Below, one piece after another: positions 17,993 through 24,711 of a DNA stretch of 34,409 nt. Both the position numbers and the translations under genes were made by a program. Location: the NCBI GenBank assembly GCA_030626685.1, contig DAOUTL010000001.1, positions 1 through 34,409 on the forward strand, given 5' to 3'. Numbering within the stretch: the stretch's first letter is position 1; every line of letters starts with the position of its first letter. The notes under the pieces are model-generated. The model was not told the DNA's origin. It made no database searches and saw nothing but the letters and a program-made list of their open reading frames with translations. This DNA is from Candidatus Bathyarchaeota archaeon (lineage in GTDB: Archaea > Thermoproteota > Bathyarchaeia > Bathyarchaeales > Bathycorpusculaceae).

Positions 17993-18415
17993 ATCGTTTT
18001 AGACTCCAACATCCTCGTAAAACTAGTCGCAACCGAACCCGGCTCTGACGAAGCGAGAACATACATAAAAGGCTCATTAGAAAAAGGCTACACCCTATAC
18101 ACCGTAAACATGGCGTTAGCCGAAGGCCTAAATGCCATATGGAAACACGTCAAAATACACAAAGACCTAAACTTAGAAGACGCAAACTCCACAATTCAAG
18201 ACCTAACCAACGTATACAGCAAACTGAAGATTCTAACAATACGAGAACTCTGCGAACAAGCCTCCAAAATAGCTTTTACATACAATATAACAATATACGA
18301 CGCTCTCTATGTTGCTGCAGCAGAAAAAGTAAAAGCTACACTATACACAGCCGACCAAAAATTCCACAATAAAGCAAAAAAGGTCATAAGCTCCGAGCTG
18401 CTTAAACCTTCATAA
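17993..18415 (+). CDS. vapC: PIN-domain toxin (VapC-like) lacking a canonical start codon upstream of its catalytic Asp
   Basis: IVLDSNILVKL (17993 onward) is in frame with the track ORF 18110-18415. The frame is open from 17933 with no ATG, GTG or TTG before 18110. Confidence 0.7.
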   Translation: MVLDSNILVKLVATEPGSDEARTYIKGSLEKGYTLYTVNMALAEGLNAIWKHVKIHKDLNLEDANSTIQDLTNVYSKLKILTIRELCEQASKIAFTYNITIYDALYVAAAEKVKATLYTADQKFHNKAKKVISSELLKPS

Positions 18416-18430
18416 ACATAACCAAAATCC

Positions 18431-18541
18431 CAAATCTTTTATTCTGCGAAGTTGCAAACGCGTTAAGGTATAAGCCTTACTATGGAAAATTGCAGTCGAA
18501 AGCTTACCCAATACAGCTCCTATGAACAACGCCGCAAATCA
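18431..18541 (+). pseudogene. orphan 3' fragment of a truncated PIN gene (duplicate of 22517-22627)
   Basis: About 90 percent identity over 111 nt. Encodes ...LFCEVANALRYKPYYGKLQSKAYPIQLL. Confidence 0.7.
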
Positions 18542-18559
18542 CTCTTGAAAGCCACAACC

Positions 18560-18680
18560 CATCCCTTTTCTTTTTCCCATTTTTTAACGAAAACGAAGAC
18601 AGCAAATCGTCTGAACCGCTCACGCCACAACTTCCTATATGCACAGAAACAAGGCACTCACACAAACTCACATTCACCTT
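18560..18680 (+). repeat. terminator plus AC-rich repeat, copy R3 (diverged)
   Basis: T-tracts, then GAAGACAGCAAATCGTCTGAACCGCTCACGCCACAA at 18603-18638, which matches 17460-17495 with 4 mismatches. Confidence 0.6.
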
Positions 18681-18836
18681 CCTTTAAGGTCTTTGATTAG
18701 GCTCTCGGCCTTCCACATACTCCCGCCTATCTGTTAATGTTTTGCAGCCGCTTACGATACGTAACGACGGCTTACGAATTTCTATGCGCAAGGCTTATAA
18801 ATTAGGACGGCAAACCATCTATATGGTGAACCTTAC

Positions 18837-19157
18837 ATGAGTAAAGTCAAAACAACCATCATAGTGAATGAGAAAGTATGGAACCAATTCAAGGAAACCA
18901 TATCTTCAAGATATGGAAGCCATAGAAACCTCAGCTCCGCTGTTGAACAAGCCATCAAATGTTTTAACGCCGTAGAATTGCTAAACAGTTTTTCCGATGC
19001 CATGGGGTTCGATACCAAAATCTACCCATCGATCAGAGATGTTGAAAATAGAAGACCTAAACTCAGAACATCAGCAGGAAAGATCGTCAGAGAGATGAGA
19101 GATGAACGCGAAACTCATATATCTAGATTCAAGCAGCATCGTGAAGAGATACATTGA
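18837..19157 (+). CDS. vapB: RHH/CopG-like antitoxin
   Basis: TTIIVNEKVWNQFKE...SSAVEQAIK. The 3' end overlaps the PIN gene by 56 nt. Confidence 0.7.
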   Translation: MSKVKTTIIVNEKVWNQFKETISSRYGSHRNLSSAVEQAIKCFNAVELLNSFSDAMGFDTKIYPSIRDVENRRPKLRTSAGKIVREMRDERETHISRFKQHREEIH

Positions 19158-19590
19158 AGAGACCGGTTCCGAAGTCATTGACACTGTGTATCAAAAAGCC
19201 GAAACTGGAACGTTAAAATTTACATTTTCACTTTGGAACGTAGGAGAGACGCTCGGAGCTTTGGACAGATATTTTTCAAGGGGATTAATTACTGAGAAAA
19301 TGTTTAAGGTAGCTCTAGCAGACTTCATTTCAGAATCAATAAAAATGGCCCGACTTCACTCACTCCAAATACTGCCTATAACCGCAAACTGCCTCATTGA
19401 CTCATGGCTCATCGTACTGAAAACCCACATATATGAAGCTGACGCACTTCAAATATCCACCTCAAAACAAGCTCGTTGCGACCTACTGTTAAGTGCCGAT
19501 AACAGTCTTATCCGGACAGCCATAAAAGAAGGCCTAACCGCTATAAACATAGAGAAAGATCCGCAGAAAGCATTGGATAAACTGGTTTAG
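19102..19590 (+). CDS. vapC: PIN-domain toxin (VapC-like)
   Basis: 162 aa. Motifs LIYLDSSSIVKRY, NVGETLGAL, YEADALQIS and LLSADNSL. Confidence 0.85.
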   Translation: MNAKLIYLDSSSIVKRYIEETGSEVIDTVYQKAETGTLKFTFSLWNVGETLGALDRYFSRGLITEKMFKVALADFISESIKMARLHSLQILPITANCLIDSWLIVLKTHIYEADALQISTSKQARCDLLLSADNSLIRTAIKEGLTAINIEKDPQKALDKLV

Positions 19591-19786
19591 CATGATTTCA
19601 GTCCTAGCGCGCACTGAAGGTGCCCCGTGTCTTTGGTGAAAGCGTTGTCGTTTAAAAAGTGTCCGTCTGATTTGTCTGTATTTTTGCTGGGATTCTTTGT
19701 AGTTCTTGCTCTATGTCTTTTCCTTTGTTTTCTGCTTTGTGTTTGAGGTTTGGTTGTGGCTTTTCCCCATACATCTTTGTGTAGGC

Positions 19787-20209
19787 TTAGAATGTTCTCC
19801 TTAATTGTGTGCTATCAAAGTCTTTGTCGTTTGACAATATTTCCTTTGCACCTTTTCTTAGTGCGACTGTTAAGTGTATGGAGTCCTCGTAATCGATGTC
19901 GTATTCTTTCATTAATTCGACAGCTTGAATGAGGTCTCCTGGCTTTAGCGGGTCTATCAGCAAGCCTTTTAGATGCGTCATGGAGTCGATGACGTCTTCT
20001 ACGAGACGTTTGTCCTTCAGGCTTCTACCCGTTAAACCCGCAATTATTACCAGTGTTTCGTAAAGCGTTAGGCTGGAAGTTGCGTACTTTCCTTTTGGAG
20101 CGTTCTCAATTTTTTTGATCCATTTGTATGCTGTTTTACCCAGTAAAGGATGGTTGCCAAGCCAGTAAACGAAGATGTTAACGTCTACGTATCTTGTGAC
20201 ACCCACCAT
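19787..20209 (-). CDS. vapC: PIN-domain toxin (VapC-like)
   Basis: 140 aa. Motifs YVDVNIFVYWL, TLYETLVII, DYEDSIHLTVA and ILSNDKDF. Confidence 0.85.
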   Translation of the reverse strand: MVGVTRYVDVNIFVYWLGNHPLLGKTAYKWIKKIENAPKGKYATSSLTLYETLVIIAGLTGRSLKDKRLVEDVIDSMTHLKGLLIDPLKPGDLIQAVELMKEYDIDYEDSIHLTVALRKGAKEILSNDKDFDSTQLRRTF

Positions 20210-20433
20210 TTCTTTATAACCTCAACTGCAAATTCGTCGAGATCTTCAGGCCACTTATCTATCTTAAAAGCTCCGAAGTATTTATCCGCAAATGGCTCGA
20301 GGGGCTCTATTATTATACCTTTCTCCTCTGCCATAATCTTGACGTATCCCCTCTCTCTTATCCTAGCTTTTTCCCTGATATTCTTTGGGATGACCACTCG
20401 ACCCTTCTCGTCAACCCTAACAACCACAGTCAT
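20185..20433 (-). CDS. vapB: AbrB/SpoVT-type antitoxin
   Basis: 82 aa. VRVDEKGRVVIPKNIREKARIRERGYVKI. Confidence 0.85.
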   Translation of the reverse strand: MTVVVRVDEKGRVVIPKNIREKARIRERGYVKIMAEEKGIIIEPLEPFADKYFGAFKIDKWPEDLDEFAVEVIKKWWVSQDT

Positions 20434-20501
20434 AGTTTAACCCACTGATATAAAAGAATCCCGCCTATTAAATATTCCCACCGACTTCGAAGTCAAGTCC
20501 A

Positions 20502-20560
20502 GTGAACTACCAGCCATTTTAAACCCTACGCTTGCATCTGAGTGGTACGATATAAGTTTT
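20502..20560 (+). repeat. GTGAACTACC junction element, copy X4
   Basis: Exact 10-mer at 20502-20511. The flank CGCTTGCATCTGAGTGG resembles CGCTTTGCAGGGAGTAGG in copy X1. Lies 69 nt upstream of the minus-strand vapB start. Confidence 0.55.
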
Positions 20561-20627
20561 ACAGAAGATGTTTCCAGCAAGTTTAAATATAATTTCAGTC
20601 ATATTAAATGTGACGTGGGTGACATAA

Positions 20628-20822
20628 ATGGCGCTTGTTAAAACGCGAAGGGTCGGCGGCTCCCTAGTGGTTACCTTGCCAAAAGAGCTTGTGGAGAGTG
20701 AGAATATCAAGGAAGGCGAAATCTTGGAGGTAATCGTCAAGAAGGTTAGGAAGGATGGATTCGGGGTTTTTAGAGGCATGAGATCGTTCACCGTTAGTGA
20801 TGAGTTGGCGGCTCATGAGTGA
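20628..20822 (+). CDS. vapB: AbrB/SpoVT-like antitoxin
   Basis: 64 aa. VKTRRVGGSLVVTLPKELVESENIKEGEILEV. Confidence 0.8.
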   Translation: MALVKTRRVGGSLVVTLPKELVESENIKEGEILEVIVKKVRKDGFGVFRGMRSFTVSDELAAHE

Positions 20823-21213
20823 TAAGTACGTTATAGACGCTTATGCTTGGGTGGAATATCTCATTGGAAGCGAGGTAGGTAACGAGGTTAAAGCCGTCTT
20901 AGAAGGGGAAGACAATGAGGTTTACACATGCGCGGTGACTGTTGCAGAGATTATAAGTAAAACCGCCAGGGAGGGAAGAAACCCTGAAACTGCTTATAAC
21001 ATCCTCGTCAGCGACTCGCATATAATCAATGTTGATGAAGAACTGTCAAGGGATGCTGGCATATTGCACGCCGAGATGCGGAAGAAAATAGGAGATTTCG
21101 GGTTAGCAGACGCCTACGTGCTGGCCTCTGCAAAAAAACTGAAATCAAAAATCCTCACAGGAGACCCTCACTTTAGCGGCGTCGAAGAAGCAATCTTAGT
21201 AACTACCACTTAG
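20815..21213 (+). CDS. vapC: PIN-domain toxin (VapC-like)
   Basis: MSDKYVIDAYAWVEYL, TVAEIISK, GLADAYVLASA and ILTGDPHF. The ATG at 20815 overlaps the antitoxin stop by 8 nt. Confidence 0.85.
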   Translation: MSDKYVIDAYAWVEYLIGSEVGNEVKAVLEGEDNEVYTCAVTVAEIISKTAREGRNPETAYNILVSDSHIINVDEELSRDAGILHAEMRKKIGDFGLADAYVLASAKKLKSKILTGDPHFSGVEEAILVTTT

Positions 21214-21330
21214 GCGTTTTCCGAACTATTCCCTTTTGCGGGTGTGTTTTTGAGGCTCCTTGTTGAGTTTAGGGCTTTGCCGCAATTGTGTTTACGATCT
21301 GAAGCATCATCATAAATTGCAGGGTTTTCT

Positions 21331-21774
21331 CTACAGTCTTTTGGTTGCGACTCTGCTTTCAAGGTCTGGGTAGGTTATTGTCTTCACGAACTTGCCTGCT
21401 ACTTTTTGCAGCTTTTCATCTTCTGTTACCAGGATGGCTTCTGTTCTCTCGGCGATTGCTATGTATGAGGCGTCATAAAACGTCAGCCGTTCTTTATAGG
21501 CTTTGTTGAGTGTGTGGGAGAAATCTAGCTTAGCGAAGTTTACTGGTTGAATCACATTTTTCACAGCTAAGTCTTTAAGGGTGGTGGCAACATCTACAGC
21601 GTCTTCTATAGATATGGTCCTCAATAATGTTGCAAGTTTCCAGAGACTGTTGCAGGCTTCGTATATCGCAAGGTCTGTTGTAACCAAATTTTCACGGGAG
21701 GCTTCAACTATTAACCGTTTGCCACGCCTAGTGACTAGTGGCAGGAGTGCTGACGCGTCGAGAAGATACTTCAC
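21331..21774 (-). CDS. vapC: PIN-domain toxin (VapC-like)
   Basis: 147 aa. Motifs YLLDASALLPL, AIYEACNSLWK, FYDASYIAIAE and LVTEDEKL. Confidence 0.85.
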   Translation of the reverse strand: MKYLLDASALLPLVTRRGKRLIVEASRENLVTTDLAIYEACNSLWKLATLLRTISIEDAVDVATTLKDLAVKNVIQPVNFAKLDFSHTLNKAYKERLTFYDASYIAIAERTEAILVTEDEKLQKVAGKFVKTITYPDLESRVATKRL

Positions 21775-21995
21775 CGTGTTTCCCTGTCCTCACGCACAAG
21801 CTTGGCTACCAATTCTGGATCTATTTTGCTGCTCAACCGTTCTCTCAGCGACTCTAGTTTTTCCGCAAGATTCTTCAGTTCCAACTCTACAAGATATTTG
21901 TCAAGCAGTTTTCTCACTGTTTCGCTGACGTTGACGTTGTATTTTTCCAGCTTTTCCTTGATCTCCCTCGCAACTCTGATTGTGATAACGCTCAT
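21771..21995 (-). CDS. vapB: RHH antitoxin (VapB-like)
   Basis: MSVITIRVAREIKEKLEKYNVNVSETVRKLL. C-terminal REDRETR. ATGA-type overlap with the PIN gene. Confidence 0.8.
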   Translation of the reverse strand: MSVITIRVAREIKEKLEKYNVNVSETVRKLLDKYLVELELKNLAEKLESLRERLSSKIDPELVAKLVREDRETR

Positions 21996-22007
21996 CCGAA
22001 GCACCGT

Positions 22008-22036
22008 ATTACATAATGTAATACGAGCTTATAAAA
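22008..22036 (-). promoter_or_regulatory. TATA box (GTTTTATAAG on the minus strand) and 7-1-7 palindrome ATTACATAATGTAAT (candidate operator)
   Basis: Palindrome at 22008-22022, between the TATA (22029-22036) and the vapB start codon. Confidence 0.45.
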
Positions 22037-22049
22037 CTAATGGAACAGC

Positions 22050-22139
22050 CTGTGGAGATCAGACCCCTACTCCCTGCAAAGCGAGCAAGTCCAATCGAGG
22101 AAGCAGGAAGCCATCCCTACTTGTAGGGTGGTAGTTCAC
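22050..22139 (-). repeat. GTGAACTACC junction element, copy X1
   Basis: Plus strand reads GGTAGTTCAC at 22130-22139, preceded by hairpin CCA(T)CCCTAC-TT-GTAGGGTGG. About 90 nt are similar to copy X2. Confidence 0.6.
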
Positions 22140-22183
22140 TTAATAATAATATGTGTAAAGAATATGTAAAGAAGGGGTGTGTA

Positions 22184-22405
22184 ATGGGCAATGTCACTAT
22201 AAGAGTGCCTGAGGAGCTGAAACGTCAGATGAAACGTTTTAAGCATATTAACTGGAGTGAAGTTGCCAGAAGAGCTTTCGAAGATGCCGCCCGTCGAGAA
22301 GAGATGCTGAAAGCTGCTGAGGTCATCAAAAGGTTGCGAATGGAAAGTCAAGCTGAATGGAACGGTGCTGAGGAGATACGTAAATGGCGAAACGCCGCAA
22401 GATAG
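22184..22405 (+). CDS. vapB: RHH antitoxin (VapB-like)
   Basis: MGNVTIRVPEELKRQMKRFKHINWSEVARRAFE. ATG at 22184 is preferred. Confidence 0.8.
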   Translation: MGNVTIRVPEELKRQMKRFKHINWSEVARRAFEDAARREEMLKAAEVIKRLRMESQAEWNGAEEIRKWRNAAR

Positions 22406-22611
22406 TGGTGTTAGACTCCTCAGTTGCGGTTAAGTGGTTCAGCAAAGAGGTAAAATCGGATGAAGCCATCAAGCTCATGGACTCTCACGTGAAAGGCCCC
22501 ATAGAGCTATCAGTCTCAGATCTGTTATTCTGCGAGGTTGCAAACGCATTAAGGTATAAGCCTTACTATGAAAAATTGCAGCCGAAAGCTTACCCAATCC
22601 AGCTCCTATGA
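22384..22611 (+). pseudogene. vapC: truncated PIN-domain toxin gene
   Basis: IVVLDSSVAVKWF...LLFCEVANALRYKP, then unrelated sequence and a stop at 75 aa. The last two PIN acidic motifs are missing. The 3' part is duplicated at 18431-18541. Confidence 0.75.
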
Positions 22612-22936
22612 ACATCACCGGCAATCAGGTATAAGCTTTACACTTCCCTTTCTCTTAGCCTCCATGTATTCCTTGACGGCTTCAACCTCGTCTTTTAAGG
22701 GCTCTTCCAACCCCACAAGCCTTTCCTCAACAAGCTCCTCTAACCTTTCAACTTTTTCACGAACAAGCCCTACGGAAAACAGAAACTATACAACAAAAAG
22801 GTTATGAAAACCAACTTGGAAAGGCTTGCACATTTAATAAAAGTCTGCGGCTTGCTGATGCAAACGAAAGTTTATCTGTTCTGGTCAAAAACCGATTATC
22901 GAAAGTAACGTTTCCAAGCTACAAAAAATGGTATCA

Positions 22937-23048
22937 GGTTCAATGAAAAACTCCCACTAAAGGGAATTGAAAGTAAAGGAATGAAAGGAGAAAAGTGAAT
23001 TGTATACAAAAGTTTCAAACAGAAATCACACACAAAGGGAATTGAAAG
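22937..23048 (+). repeat. CRISPR-repeat-like direct repeat pair (2 x 37 nt, 38-nt spacer)
   Basis: 22937-22973 against 23012-23048. The 3' 15 nt AAAGGGAATTGAAAG are identical and the 5' ends are GGTTCAA and GTTTCAA. Overall identity is 25 of 37. No cas genes in the window. Confidence 0.3.
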
Positions 23049-23098
23049 GTTTGATTCCTTGCGGCAAGGGTTCGCGGGTTCAAATCCCTCGGGCCCGC
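23049..23098 (+). other. degenerate tRNA 3' portion (anticodon-stem-like CCTTG/CAAGG, T-arm, acceptor CGGGCCCG)
   Basis: GGTTCGCGGGTTCAAATCCCTCGGGCCCGCGCA resembles the common archaeal tRNA 3' end GGTCGAGGGTTCAAATCCCTCCGGGCCCGCCA, with indels. There is no 5' half. Confidence 0.55.
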
Positions 23099-23105
23099 GC
23101 ACCTA

Positions 23106-23127
23106 ATCTTCATTGCGCAATGAAGAT
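23106..23127 (+). other. perfect 9-bp hairpin ATCTTCATT-GCGC-AATGAAGAT
   Basis: Read directly. Lies between two tRNA-like fragments. Confidence 0.6.
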
Positions 23128-23142
23128 ACATCGCCAAATAGG

Positions 23143-23163
23143 GTTCAAATCCCACGAAGCCCA
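23143..23163 (+). other. tRNA 3'-end fragment GTTCAAATCCCAC-GAAGCCC-A
   Basis: The first 17 nt are identical to 24166-24182. Confidence 0.5.
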
Positions 23164-23404
23164 TGGTGTTTTCTCGGTTGCCCTAAAAACAATGGGGTTT
23201 TAGATGTTCATTAAGGTTTACTATTGAGAGTTACTCTTTAATCCCTCTAGAACCTAATGAGTGCACATTAAGGCAGACCTTAAAGACTTTTGTCTGTATC
23301 CATGGGTACACCTAGGATTCTAGAGTGACTGTTACATGAAGCAGAAAAAGAAATTAAGATCTATTAGTGTTCATGAATAAGAATAATAGAAGGAGTTGCC
23401 GAGA

Positions 23405-23875
23405 ATGCCTACTAAGAAATATCCTTTCAAAAAAATTGGGGAAAGAATGAAAAAGCTAAAGATAGAGCCTAGTGAACGATATGGATTTGTTGAAAACTCT
23501 GTTTGGTACCCTACTGAAATCTTTGTAGAGGAAGCTCATGAAATAATGCTTAGAGAATATGGAGGTTACACAGGATACGAAACGGGGATTGACTTATTCA
23601 AAGTAATTCTCAAAAAAGCTAAAGAAATAGAAGGTATTTACAAGAAAGCAGCGATCCTTTTGTATGAAATGGCAACAAGCCCTCGCATCTATAAAGATGG
23701 AAACCATAGAACAGCAATTGTGACAACCGAGACTTTTCTAATCATGAATGGGAAAAAAATCTGGACAGAAAATTCACAAGACATATATATATTTATTAAA
23801 GACCTCTTACATTATAGTATTGACGAAATAGCAAAGTGGCTTGAAAATGGACCCCCGAAAAGACCATCCGATTGA
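23405..23875 (+). CDS. doc: Doc (death-on-curing)/Fic-fold toxin homologue with no adjacent antitoxin
   Basis: EEAHEIMLREYGG... and YKDGNHRTAIVTTETFLIMNG align with the P1 Doc HIFNDANKRTA region. ATG at 23405 lies 9 nt after AGGAG. Confidence 0.8.
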   Translation: MPTKKYPFKKIGERMKKLKIEPSERYGFVENSVWYPTEIFVEEAHEIMLREYGGYTGYETGIDLFKVILKKAKEIEGIYKKAAILLYEMATSPRIYKDGNHRTAIVTTETFLIMNGKKIWTENSQDIYIFIKDLLHYSIDEIAKWLENGPPKRPSD

Positions 23876-24023
23876 GATTCTGGAATCAGTAGTGAAGAAA
23901 AGACATGAGTGCCTAAAGAAACTCAATGGTGGAAGCAAGAAAGTCCGCGTCAAATAGTTTTTAACTATGTTTGTTTTAGGCTAACTGTGATTTCTAGCTG
24001 TAAAAAGTGTAGGTAAGGCAACA

Positions 24024-24182
24024 AAAAGTGAAAGGTGGGTTCAAATCTCGCCCTAGAATATGCCTAAATTAAACTACTTTAATTCAGTCATATCAGAGAG
24101 TTCAAATCTCTCCGGGCCCGTCATGTTCACTTTAATCTATAATCATGTGGCACGTGCCACACCGCGTTCAAATCCCACGAAG
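24024..24182 (+). other. cluster of three tRNA T-arm/3'-end-like fragments
   Basis: GTTCAAATC at 24039, 24100 and 24166. 24096-24120 is a perfect T-arm GAGAG-TTCAAAT-CTCTC followed by CGGGCCC-G. Palindrome GTGGCACGTGCCAC at 24147-24160. Confidence 0.5.
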
Positions 24183-24363
24183 GAATTTTAATGTTTTCAA
24201 CCGGTAATTACCTCCAAGTCCTGTCTAACCGTGAACTTTGCAAGTGTAATCTTCTTCCCTGTAGCCCGCGCTATCTGCTCAGCTACCGGCTTCAACGACT
24301 TCACACGCTCTTTATCAGCTCCAACTAAAGGAATCCACGCACCACCGAGTATGCTTTCCCATG

Positions 24364-24711
24364 TTAACTTTTAGTGGAATTTTGCGTCTCTTTTTTCTCT
24401 TCTTTTAGTTTAAGCCAAATTCGCATAAGGGGGATGTCATGTTCTGGAGGAGGATACTTAAAATGCCATATTCCTACTTCAGGATTTGGAAGCTCCAATT
24501 CTTTAGGTGAATAATACTCAAAACCTATTTCGAGCAATTTGTCAGCAACTTTAATGGCTTTATTAATAAAAAGTCCTCTTGCCAGCAGAACTGCTGTGCG
24601 TCTTTTTTCAAGAGCTTTGTCTACATAGTTTTGAACAGGGGCTTCTCCGATTCTGATCACAGTTATATCCATTTTGACGAGTTTTTTTACCAGTGTCGAA
24701 AATTCTTTCAT
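24364..24711 (-). CDS. Alba-like nucleic-acid-binding protein (alternative: contains a DUF3368-like C-terminal motif)
   Basis: ITVIRIGEAPVQNYV...AVLLARGLFINKAIKVADKL...IPLMRIWLKLK parallels Alba NVVLIGKKPVMNYV...IKARGRAISKAVDTVE...VSTIEIAIRKK. The frame stays open upstream to about 24850 with no start codon. Confidence 0.4.
   Translation of the reverse strand: MKEFSTLVKKLVKMDITVIRIGEAPVQNYVDKALEKRRTAVLLARGLFINKAIKVADKLLEIGFEYYSPKELELPNPEVGIWHFKYPPPEHDIPLMRIWLKLKEEKKETQNSTKS

Noticed and set aside
15930-22140. Integron-like cassette array with attC sites
   Set aside because: No RYYYAAC/GTTRRRY cores or attC-type imperfect palindromes were seen at the boundaries. Genes lie in both orientations, and no integron integrase is in the window.
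18482-22807. ORFs 18482-18700 (+) and 22568-22807 (+)
   Set aside because: Both start inside the duplicated PIN breakpoint fragment and read through repeat or relic sequence. Their similar N-termini reflect the DNA duplication, not a conserved protein.
23049-24182. Intact, split or permuted tRNA genes at the GTTCAAATC sites
   Set aside because: No complementary 5' acceptor strands, D-arms or 7-nt anticodon loops could be found within 100 nt. Several T-stems carry mismatches.
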